NCBI GenBank assembly: GCA_964427985.1
Contig: CAYRWJ010000003.1
Location: 753 to 42,895, forward strand
Origin: an uncultured Methanosarcinales archaeon
Lineage (GTDB): Archaea; Nanobdellota; Nanobdellia; Woesearchaeales; JABIAG01
DNA: 42,143 bases
Reading direction: 5' to 3'
A program made the position numbers and the translations under genes. The notes beneath the pieces were generated by a model. It worked only from the letters and a program-made list of their open reading frames with translations, was not told where the DNA came from and did not search any database. Shown here one piece after another: positions 8,392 through 16,577 of the stretch (positions within the stretch are counted from its first letter, which is position 1; each line of letters begins with the position of its first letter).

Positions 8392-9462
8392 ATGGATCCA
8401 AGAATTAAAGAGTTAGCAAGAATTTTAACCGATTATTCTATCAAAATTAAGAAGGGTGATAAGATTAAATTATCTTTTGATGCTGAAGCGAGAGAGCTTG
8501 GCTTAGAATGTTACAAAAATATTTTGAAAAAGGGTGCTTTCCCTGTTGTTCATATTGGTTTACCTGGTTTTGGGTATGCGTACTATACTCTTGCTTCTGA
8601 TGAACAATTAAAATCTTTTCCTGAATTGGCAATGCATGAAGCAAAAAGTTGTCAGGGAACGATTAGTATAGGTGCAGAATATAATACTAAGGAATTTTCT
8701 AATGTTGATCCAAAGAAGTTTTCTATAAGAAGTAAAGTAACTGAAAAAATTTCTGATTTCTTTTTAGAACAGGATAATTGGGTTGGTACAGAGGTTCCAA
8801 CTCAGGCTCTTGCTCAGGATGCTGAAATGTCTTTAGATGAGTTTGAGGAGTTTGTTTATTCTGCAACTAATGTTGATTGGGCTGAAGAGTCTAAGAAGCA
8901 GGATGCTCTTAAGAAAGTTTTAGATGAAGGTAAAAAGGTTCACATTATTGGTGAGAATACAGATTTAACTTTTAGTATTGATGGTAGGCAGGGTGTTAAG
9001 TGTGATGGTAAAAGAAACATGCCTGATGGTGAAGTTTTTATTGCACCTGTTGATGATTCAGCTAATGGTGTTATTGAATATTCATTTCCCATTATCAAAG
9101 GGGGTCGAGAGGTTCAAGGTGTCAAATTGGAATTTAAGGATGGCTTGGTTGTTAAGGCTTCTGCAGAAAAAAATGAGGAATTTCTTAAAGAAATGTTAAA
9201 TACTGATGCCGGAGCTAAGCGGTTAGGTGAGTTTGGTATTGGTCTTAATTTTGGTATTAAAAAGTTTGTTAAACAAATACTTTTTGATGAAAAGATTGGT
9301 GGCACTATCCATTTGGCGCTTGGAAGAGCATATAAAGAAGGTGGCGGTAAGAACGAATCTGCAATTCATTGGGATATGATTAAAGATTTGAGAAAGAATG
9401 GTAAATTTTTGATTGATGATAAAGTTATTATGGAGAATGGTAAATTTTTGATTGATTTGTAA
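8392..9462 (+). CDS. M29-family aminopeptidase (AmpS/aminopeptidase T-like)
   Basis: 356 aa. MDPRIKELARILTDYSIKIKKGDKI start, MPDGEVFIAP, GGTIHLALG, HWDMI motifs typical of M29. Confidence 0.85.
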   Translation: MDPRIKELARILTDYSIKIKKGDKIKLSFDAEARELGLECYKNILKKGAFPVVHIGLPGFGYAYYTLASDEQLKSFPELAMHEAKSCQGTISIGAEYNTKEFSNVDPKKFSIRSKVTEKISDFFLEQDNWVGTEVPTQALAQDAEMSLDEFEEFVYSATNVDWAEESKKQDALKKVLDEGKKVHIIGENTDLTFSIDGRQGVKCDGKRNMPDGEVFIAPVDDSANGVIEYSFPIIKGGREVQGVKLEFKDGLVVKASAEKNEEFLKEMLNTDAGAKRLGEFGIGLNFGIKKFVKQILFDEKIGGTIHLALGRAYKEGGGKNESAIHWDMIKDLRKNGKFLIDDKVIMENGKFLIDL

Positions 9463-9485
9463 TTTTCTAACTTATATTTATTATT

Positions 9486-10106
9486 TTAAGATTTTGGTAT
9501 GATTTTTAATTCTCTACTTAATTTTGTTAATACGCCTTCTCCAACACAGACATCATCTTCTATTCTTATTCCATAATGTCCTTTTAGGTAAAATCCGGGT
9601 TCTATTGTGATTACTTCTCCTTTTTTTAGTTTTGTGTTCATTTTTGCGTGAACTTCTTTCCCTAATCCATGGCTTAATGCATGTATAAATAATTTATTTT
9701 TATTTCCTAATCTTTTTCTAAATGCTTTTTCAATATATTTGGGTTTTGCATTAATTTTAACTTGTTTTAACATTTTATAATGTTCTCTTAATAAATAATT
9801 ATACAACTTTTTTTCTTCATCTGAGGGAGTTCCAAGATATATTGTTCGTGTTACATCTCCACACATCCCGTTATGTTTGATTCCAAAGTCTATTACACAA
9901 AAACCTTTTTCTAATATTTCATTTCCAAAATAATGTGGGTTTGCTGCGTTTTTTCCTGATGCTACAATGGTTTCAAAGGATAATTCTACATTTTTTTCTA
10001 AGAATTCTTTTACTTCTTTTTCAGTTTTGAATGAATCGAATTTTTCAATACATTCTTTTATTCGTTCACAGGTTAATTGACATGCTTTTTTCATATCTTG
10101 ATTCAT
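9486..10106 (-). CDS. Minimal M24 metallopeptidase (Xaa-Pro/Met aminopeptidase pita-bread domain only)
   Basis: 206 aa. Putative metal ligands in VIDFG, GDVTRT, HGLGKEVH, TIEPG and IRIEDD. No creatinase-like N-domain. Confidence 0.82.
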   Translation of the reverse strand: MNQDMKKACQLTCERIKECIEKFDSFKTEKEVKEFLEKNVELSFETIVASGKNAANPHYFGNEILEKGFCVIDFGIKHNGMCGDVTRTIYLGTPSDEEKKLYNYLLREHYKMLKQVKINAKPKYIEKAFRKRLGNKNKLFIHALSHGLGKEVHAKMNTKLKKGEVITIEPGFYLKGHYGIRIEDDVCVGEGVLTKLSRELKIIPKS

Positions 10107-10414
10107 TTTTGTGTCATCATTGATTTAAGTTGATATTTAAATTCGTTATCATCTACTTTTACTTTAATTGAAATTGTTAAGGTAGTTAAACTTCTTAGTA
10201 TTTCAATATTTATTTTTTTTATTCTTTTAAAATCAAAGCTTTTTGTTAATCGTTCTTTGAAAAAGAAGGCGCACATTTTATCAAAACTATCTTTTTCTTC
10301 TAAAATGTTGGTTATTCTTTCTTTTGGATGGTCTTTATAGTATCCAAATAATATTTGATCTTCTAAATGATGTGCTAAATCATGTATTATGCCATTTATT
10401 ATTGTTAGTTTCAT
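10103..10414 (-). CDS. Hypothetical protein, translationally coupled to the M24 peptidase (ATGA overlap)
   Basis: 103-aa ATG ORF with a 4-nt overlap to the downstream gene. Confidence 0.5.
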   Translation of the reverse strand: MKLTIINGIIHDLAHHLEDQILFGYYKDHPKERITNILEEKDSFDKMCAFFFKERLTKSFDFKRIKKINIEILRSLTTLTISIKVKVDDNEFKYQLKSMMTQK

Positions 10415-10440
10415 TAATATTAAGAATTAGTTGGTATTTA

Positions 10441-10531
10441 TATGTCTTTAGACATTCAAAATGAACTTAAGTGTCCGTTTTGTTATGTCTTTAGACATTC
10501 AAAATGAACTTAAGTGTCCGTTTTGTTATGT
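10441..10531. repeat. Perfect 43-bp tandem repeat (2 full copies plus 5 nt), each unit carrying the palindrome TGTCTttAGACA
   Basis: 10441-10483 is identical to 10484-10526. Palindromes at 10443-10454 and 10486-10497. An extra TGTC half-site at 10472-10475 and 10515-10518. Lies in a divergent intergenic region. Confidence 0.95.
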
Positions 10532-10579
10532 ATACTAAAAAATCGATAGATTTAAATATCCTCATGTTTTAGTTATTAT

Positions 10580-10840
10580 ATGGATGAAGACAAAAACTTT
10601 TCACGAGATATAATCGGCAAAACTGTTGTATCTAAAAATGGTAAAACGTATGGTAATATTGCTGATGTTGAGTTTGAAACTCGTTCTGGTGAATTAATTC
10701 ATATTATTCTTAAAAACCCTACTGCTAATGCAGAAAAGTTAGAACTTGAAAAGGATGCTAGTGGTAGTTTAAAAATTCCTTTTTCTGCTGTTATTGCAAT
10801 TGGTGATTTCTTAGTTATTGCTGAAGAAGATATTGTTTAA
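10580..10840 (+). CDS. PRC-barrel domain protein
   Basis: 86 aa. IIGKTVVSKNGKTYGNIADVEFETRSGELIHIIL pattern. TTTAAATA at 10551-10558 upstream. Confidence 0.72.
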   Translation: MDEDKNFSRDIIGKTVVSKNGKTYGNIADVEFETRSGELIHIILKNPTANAEKLELEKDASGSLKIPFSAVIAIGDFLVIAEEDIV

Positions 10841-10880
10841 GATAACAATCTTTTTAAAACATTAATTCTTTTTTATATTC

Positions 10881-11834
10881 ATGGAACATTCTATTTGGAT
10901 AGAAAAATATCGGCCCCAAAATTTTGAGGAGATTAAAGGACAGATTGAGATAATTAAGAGAATAAAAGCATTGGTTGAAAAAAAGAATCTTCCTCATTTA
11001 TTGTTTACTGGTCCTGCTGGTGTTGGTAAGACTACTTTGGCGGTTGTTATTGCTAAACAATTGTTTAAGGATACTTGGAGAGAAAATTTTTTAGAATTAA
11101 ATGCTAGTGATGAAAGGGGCATTGATATTGTTAGGACTAAAGTTAAAGACTTTGCTCGTACTAAAGCGATTGGTGAGGTTCCATTTAAAATTATATATCT
11201 TGATGAGTCTGATGCTTTAACAAAGGAAGCTCAACAGGCTTTGCGTAGAACTATGGAGAATTATACTCAAAATTGTCGTTTTATTTTAGCTGCTAATTAT
11301 TCTTCTAAAATTATTGATCCAATTCAGTCTCGTTGTGCTGCTTTTCGTTTTAAACCATTGGAGAAAGAAGAAATTTTTAAATTAATTGATATTATTGTTG
11401 AAAAAGAATCTTTAGTAGTTGATGATAAAGCTAAAGAGGCATTATTTCAGATTAGTCATGGTGATTGTAGAAAATTAGAAAATACACTTCAAAGTTGTGC
11501 GTCTATTTCTAATACTATTACTGAAGAAACTGTTTTTTCTTTAGCGTCTTTTGCTAAACCTGATGAATTAAAGACTGTTTTAACTTTAGCTCTTAAGCAG
11601 GATTTTGAGGCATCTAGGAATGAATTATTAAAGACCATGCTAAAGTATGGTTTAGCTGGTACCGACATTATAAAGCAAATACAGCAAGAAATTTGGAATT
11701 TAGATATTGATGATAAAGCTAAAGTATCTCTTATAGATAAGTGTGGGGAGATTGAGTTTCGTATGGTTGAAGGTAGTGATGAGTTTATTCAGTTAGAATC
11801 TTTGCTTGCACATATTATGATTTCTAAGTCTTGA
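10881..11834 (+). CDS. rfcS: Replication factor C small subunit
   Basis: 317 aa. WIEKYRPQ, Walker A GPAGVGKTT, Walker B IYLDESD, SRC motif QSRCAAFRF. Confidence 0.95.
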   Translation: MEHSIWIEKYRPQNFEEIKGQIEIIKRIKALVEKKNLPHLLFTGPAGVGKTTLAVVIAKQLFKDTWRENFLELNASDERGIDIVRTKVKDFARTKAIGEVPFKIIYLDESDALTKEAQQALRRTMENYTQNCRFILAANYSSKIIDPIQSRCAAFRFKPLEKEEIFKLIDIIVEKESLVVDDKAKEALFQISHGDCRKLENTLQSCASISNTITEETVFSLASFAKPDELKTVLTLALKQDFEASRNELLKTMLKYGLAGTDIIKQIQQEIWNLDIDDKAKVSLIDKCGEIEFRMVEGSDEFIQLESLLAHIMISKS

Positions 11835-11882
11835 TAACTGTTAGTAAGAATTATTAATTAAAAAATAAAAAAGAATAAAAAT

Positions 11883-12791
11883 TTATTCTGTGTGTTTTAT
11901 TATTAATGTTGTTGATATGTCATCACTTACGGAATAACTTAGGTCTATTGTTATTGTTTTTTCATAATCTGTTGCAGAATCTATTTCTACGTTACATCTT
12001 ATTGTTTTAGTTCCATCTTGTAAGTTCACGTATCCTTCGCTGTCTGTTCCTTGACAGGTTAGTCCGTCTATTCCACTAACTTCTACTTTTACTTTATTTT
12101 CAACACTTCTTGTTCCGTCACAGTTTACATTTTCTTTGTATATTTTATTTACACTTCCTTGGTTTGCTATTGTAAAATCAAATTCAATTTTGTTTTGTCC
12201 TGCTGCTCTTTCTGTTAAGGAGGTTATTTGAATTGGAGCTCCTGAACTAAATGTGGGTTTGGATTCTCCAACTTTACATACTTTGCTGTCATCTTTTAAT
12301 ATGTCTTTTATTATACATAAATCGCTTACAGCTTTTGTTGCATAGTCGTAACATATGCTTGCTACGATTGGTCTTTCTAATTCTGCGCCAATAATTGTTC
12401 CTTCATAATTTAATTCATCTATTGTTACTTCTGTTAGTTGGCCGTCAATTAATCCTGCTGAATCTTTTGATGCTCCTTCTAGGTCATCTCTAGGAGTTAA
12501 AACAAAGTCTGTATTACTTAAACCAAATTCTTCTGGGTCAAGTCCTTTTATTGTTACGCTTGCATCTGTTTTTGCTAAATCTGTTTCTCCAATGTTTTCT
12601 AGTTCAATTGCTATTTCAAATGGGAAGTTTCCGTTATCAAATACTTCTAAGGGTGGTGCATCTTCTAAAAATGACATTTTTATTCCTGTTGTTCCACCTG
12701 CAAAGGGGTTTACTTTTCCTGTTTCTTCTTTTTTACATCCCACTAACATGATAATCATTACAATAAATAATGCTAAAATTATTTTTTTCAT
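11883..12791 (-). CDS. Predicted lipoprotein, envelope-operon paralog 3 (unknown family)
   Basis: 302 aa. Signal peptide ending in lipobox LVGC. Shares collinear motifs with 12803-13693 and 13765-14700 (F..APP.E, C-x-Y-x-Y...D-x-C-I, GAPIQITSL, FTIANQG). Confidence 0.75.
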   Translation of the reverse strand: MKKIILALFIVMIIMLVGCKKEETGKVNPFAGGTTGIKMSFLEDAPPLEVFDNGNFPFEIAIELENIGETDLAKTDASVTIKGLDPEEFGLSNTDFVLTPRDDLEGASKDSAGLIDGQLTEVTIDELNYEGTIIGAELERPIVASICYDYATKAVSDLCIIKDILKDDSKVCKVGESKPTFSSGAPIQITSLTERAAGQNKIEFDFTIANQGSVNKIYKENVNCDGTRSVENKVKVEVSGIDGLTCQGTDSEGYVNLQDGTKTIRCNVEIDSATDYEKTITIDLSYSVSDDISTTLIIKHTE

Positions 12792-12802
12792 TTTGTTTTA
12801 CC

Positions 12803-13693
12803 TCAGTCTACCCTTTTTATAATAACTCTTTTTGTGATAGAATCTTTATAATTATATCCTAACTGAATGCCTAAAGATGTTCGGTATGATGGTTCGTCTT
12901 CATCTAAGTCATCTCCTGTACATGTTATTGTTCCAGCACCATTTATTATTCTTATCCATTCTGATGGGTTGCAATCTAATTCTTCATCCCCTAAATATAC
13001 TTCTAATAGTTCTACTACGTCTTTGTCGCTTCTTTCTGGGTTTAAACAATCATCATCTCGGAATACTTTTCCCCCACCAACATTTGATATTTTTATTGTA
13101 AATCTTACTTTTTCTTTTAGAGATTCTTGTTGAATTGATGTAACTCCTATTGGTGCTGCTTGTCCGCCCAATCCTGAAACCATTCCTGGAGTACAAGTAT
13201 CTTCATCATTTTTTGTAGGGTTTGGATCAATACATACGTCGATTGGAGCTCGTGTTTCATAATAATAACAGGATGTTACTCTTATGTCTTGAGGTAATGA
13301 ATCTGCATCTTCGTATAATCTTACGTCAAATTCTTCTTCATAAAATTCTAATCCGCCTTCGGGATTAGTTTGTGATTTTCTTCCTTCGATTTCTATTGAA
13401 TCATCATATGACAAATCTATTAAGTTTCGGTCAAAGCCAGAAAAGTATAAATCAACATCTAATTCGTCGTCTTCCTCTTCTGGGAATCCACCTCTATTTC
13501 GTAATTCAATAACTAAAGGGTATGTTTCACCAGCATATAGGTCTTGTGGCGGACTGTTTGTGCTAAACTCTAATACTATTCCTTGATTTCCAGTTTTCCA
13601 GTTTGAGTATTCTCCTGTATCACTGCCTGTACATCCAACCAATACTATTAATGCTAAAATTGTTAATATTATTATCTTAATTTTCATTTTCAT
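12803..13693 (-). CDS. Predicted lipoprotein, envelope-operon paralog 2 (unknown family)
   Basis: 296 aa. Signal peptide with lipobox LVGC. Motifs SPPQDLY, SCYYYETRAPIDVCIDPNP, AAPIGVTSI, IKISNVGGG. Acidic composition. Possible own TATA at about 13718-13727. Confidence 0.75.
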   Translation of the reverse strand: MKMKIKIIILTILALIVLVGCTGSDTGEYSNWKTGNQGIVLEFSTNSPPQDLYAGETYPLVIELRNRGGFPEEEDDELDVDLYFSGFDRNLIDLSYDDSIEIEGRKSQTNPEGGLEFYEEEFDVRLYEDADSLPQDIRVTSCYYYETRAPIDVCIDPNPTKNDEDTCTPGMVSGLGGQAAPIGVTSIQQESLKEKVRFTIKISNVGGGKVFRDDDCLNPERSDKDVVELLEVYLGDEELDCNPSEWIRIINGAGTITCTGDDLDEDEPSYRTSLGIQLGYNYKDSITKRVIIKRVD

Positions 13694-13764
13694 TTATTTT
13701 TCCTCTTTAAGGTATTTAAACTTTTCTATAAGTTTAAGCTCAGAGCGTAATACAATTCGCTTTT

Positions 13765-14700
13765 TTATATTTGTTTTTTTATTATAAATAGGTTTGTGTT
13801 AGTTTCATCTTTGTATCCATAATCTATTGTTAAGGTTATGCTTCCTAAATATGCTTCTTTTGAGTATGAAATTTCGGTTCCTTCACATATCATTTCAGTA
13901 GTTTCTACCTCAACATATTCATCCCCGTCTTGTCTTTGTTCTATTTTTAGTTGGTTGTGGGTGCAGGTTAGTTGATCATATCCTAAATAAATTTTACTTA
14001 CATCTAATAATCCCACTTTTGCAGGTTTTAGTCCTGTTGAAGAACAGGCAGTTTCATATGAATCTTTTGCTATTACTGTTCCTGTTCCAAGATTTTCTAT
14101 TTCAAATTTGAAGGTGGGGATTACTCCTGTTTTTGTGGGTAACATTTTTGTATCCATTGAGATTACAGCAACTGGCGCTCCTTGTCCGTTTCTAAATGAT
14201 CTTTTTTGTTCTGGACATTCTTCTGGCTTGTTTGTTTTTTCTCCAAGAATATCTGGGTCTATACATATGTCTGTTGAAAAAATAGTAGTATAAGGATAAC
14301 AATAACTAATTTTGAATTCTGTTTTTTGCATTTCAGATGCAAAAATTGTTTTTGTTTGGATGTCAATTACTTTTATTTCAGTATCTCCATAAGGATTTTC
14401 TAAACTTCTTCCATCTAATCTTGCATAATAAAGATCTTCAAAATTTTCAAATAAACTTCTTTGAGTGCTCAACACAATTTTTGCTTTGTCTATGTCTGCT
14501 GTGCCTGCGTTGTGAGCATTAAAGCCTAATGAGAACTGGTTGTTTTCATATACTTCTTTGGGTGGTGCATTTGGTAAAAAATCAATTATTAATCCTTCTT
14601 TTCCTTGATGTATGTTGTATTCATTAGATTGGTTTCCACTACATGCAGTAATTAAAAATAAGCCGATGATAATCAGTGTTGTTAATATTATTTTTTTCAT
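13765..14700 (-). CDS. Predicted lipoprotein, envelope-operon paralog 1 (unknown family)
   Basis: 311 aa. Signal peptide with lipobox ITAC. Motifs APPKEVY, YCYPYTTIFSTDICIDPD, GAPVAVISM, FEIENLGTG. Confidence 0.75.
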   Translation of the reverse strand: MKKIILTTLIIIGLFLITACSGNQSNEYNIHQGKEGLIIDFLPNAPPKEVYENNQFSLGFNAHNAGTADIDKAKIVLSTQRSLFENFEDLYYARLDGRSLENPYGDTEIKVIDIQTKTIFASEMQKTEFKISYCYPYTTIFSTDICIDPDILGEKTNKPEECPEQKRSFRNGQGAPVAVISMDTKMLPTKTGVIPTFKFEIENLGTGTVIAKDSYETACSSTGLKPAKVGLLDVSKIYLGYDQLTCTHNQLKIEQRQDGDEYVEVETTEMICEGTEISYSKEAYLGSITLTIDYGYKDETNTNLFIIKKQI

Positions 14701-14704
14701 TTTT

Positions 14705-16576
14705 TTATGCTACTTCAAATGTTTTTATTCTACAACCATATCGGCCATCTATCCATTTACATTGATTTTTTGTGCTTTCACAATTTTCTTCTGTTTTTTC
14801 TTTGCAATCTATTGCAATTTGTTTGTGGGTTTCTCCACAATTTTCTCCATTTTCTAATAATTTTGTGCTTTTTTCTTTTCCTGCAACAGTGATTATACAT
14901 TCACAAGTGTCTACTGTGCATAACTGTATGTCGTCATTTTTAATCACCACAATCTTTTCAAATTCTTGTATTTCAAATTTTACGCCTTTTTGTATTCTGT
15001 ATTCATATTCTGCTAATACCTGAAAAAAATCTCTTGTGATTTCATCTGCCACATAAAGCGCTTCAGGTGTGATTAGTAAATCACAGGTTATTTTCATTCG
15101 GTTTCCAGGTTCCATGTTTCGATTTTTTGTAAATTTTAAGTATGATTGAGTTTTTTCATAATTTAATACCGCAGGATTGGTTCCATCCATTGGCGGATTG
15201 CAAGCTCTTATTTTTACTCCTTCTGGTAACATTAATGAAATTTGTTTAAAATGGTCTATTGTTCCTTCTCCAACATTTTCAAATTCTACCCCAAATCTGA
15301 CTGGCATTTCTTGAGTTGCTATTAATACATCTTTTTTGACAAAAGTATCTAAAATCTTAATTGATACTGGTCCTGGGGTGTATCTTGCAGTACTCTTTTC
15401 AAATTGATATCCTGTTTTAAACAGTTCATCAAATTTTGTTACACTTACCATTGGTTTTTCTATTGAACTTGCTGAAATAAAATCAAATTTTGCTTGCATA
15501 AATATTGTTCTACTTTTATCATTTCCTACTTCTAAATTATTAAAATTACATGATGTTCCAATAAATTGGTTTTCGATGTATTTAAAATCTAATATTGCTG
15601 GAACCATGGTTCCTTGTTCATTTCTATTTGTAAAACAACTTAATTCGATTTGGTCTGATGCGCATTTTACTCCTGCAGTTTGGCATATATCTGAGTCTAA
15701 TCCTCTTCCAGATATTCCTCCAGTTATGAATGCATACTCAACTTTTCCGTCTGTTTTTATGAGTGGTTGTCTTTCTGAACTGGTTGTTTTTTGGTCATCA
15801 ACTTCGAGATTTAATCCTAATTTTTTATTTGCGTATTCATCAACTTTTCCTGCAAACACATCTCCTGTTATGGCTATTTCTGCTTGTCTGTCAAATTGTC
15901 CTTTTATTTTATCTATAGTTTTTGCAAATAAACTTCCAACTTTGTTTAATGTTTGCCAATATTCTTCTTCGGCAAAGTATTTTATGAATTTTCTACCTGC
16001 ATTCCCCACAAATTTTGCTCCTGAGTCTCCACTAAATAAGAATCCTGCTGATAATATTAATATAATTACTATTATTGCTGCAATAACCATTGTTGGTTTC
16101 CTTCCTTTTTGCATTAATATCCTAATTTTTTGTTTTGTTGAAGCTTGTTTTGTATCTGCTCCAGAAATTTTATCAACTGTTTTGTTTAATCTGCTTAGTC
16201 CTGTAATTTTTGATAGAACTGGATGTGCATCTCCAAAACTTCTTGCTAATTTTACTCCTGCTCCAACTGCCATGCCTTCAGGTCCAAATCCTGATGCTAA
16301 TTGTGCTACTTGTTCGCTTCCTTCTCGTTTAGCATTAGCTGCTTGTTTTTCAATATCTGCAACTTTTCTTTTTTCTCTTGCTGCTTTTAGTTCTTGATAA
16401 GAAATAGCATGTTCTTTCATTAACTTTCTTTTGTCTTGTGTTCTTAGTTGAGGATCATGAAATATTTTGTGTGAAGCGCCTTTATTTTTTATTTCAACTT
16501 TTAATTTAGAAGGAGTAATTCTTTTTTTATTTAGATATGCATCTATTGCTAAATCGATTGCACTTTTTTTAGCCAT
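14705..16576 (-). CDS. Bitopic membrane protein: basic cytoplasmic N-domain, one TM, large ectodomain related to the lipoprotein paralogs, Cys-rich C-terminal tail
   Basis: 623 aa. TM helix MVIAAIIVIILILSAGFLF around residue 165. GPVSIKIL...FGVEFENVGEG module. 8 Cys in the last 71 residues. 4-nt gap to the downstream gene and 1-nt gap to the upstream gene. Confidence 0.75.
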   Translation of the reverse strand: MAKKSAIDLAIDAYLNKKRITPSKLKVEIKNKGASHKIFHDPQLRTQDKRKLMKEHAISYQELKAAREKRKVADIEKQAANAKREGSEQVAQLASGFGPEGMAVGAGVKLARSFGDAHPVLSKITGLSRLNKTVDKISGADTKQASTKQKIRILMQKGRKPTMVIAAIIVIILILSAGFLFSGDSGAKFVGNAGRKFIKYFAEEEYWQTLNKVGSLFAKTIDKIKGQFDRQAEIAITGDVFAGKVDEYANKKLGLNLEVDDQKTTSSERQPLIKTDGKVEYAFITGGISGRGLDSDICQTAGVKCASDQIELSCFTNRNEQGTMVPAILDFKYIENQFIGTSCNFNNLEVGNDKSRTIFMQAKFDFISASSIEKPMVSVTKFDELFKTGYQFEKSTARYTPGPVSIKILDTFVKKDVLIATQEMPVRFGVEFENVGEGTIDHFKQISLMLPEGVKIRACNPPMDGTNPAVLNYEKTQSYLKFTKNRNMEPGNRMKITCDLLITPEALYVADEITRDFFQVLAEYEYRIQKGVKFEIQEFEKIVVIKNDDIQLCTVDTCECIITVAGKEKSTKLLENGENCGETHKQIAIDCKEKTEENCESTKNQCKWIDGRYGCRIKTFEVA

Positions 16577-16577
16577 A

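Noticed and set aside
10441-10531. Possible mini-CRISPR array
   Set aside because: The two 43-bp units are directly adjacent with no spacers. There are only about 2.1 copies and no cas genes in the window. It is a tandem duplication.
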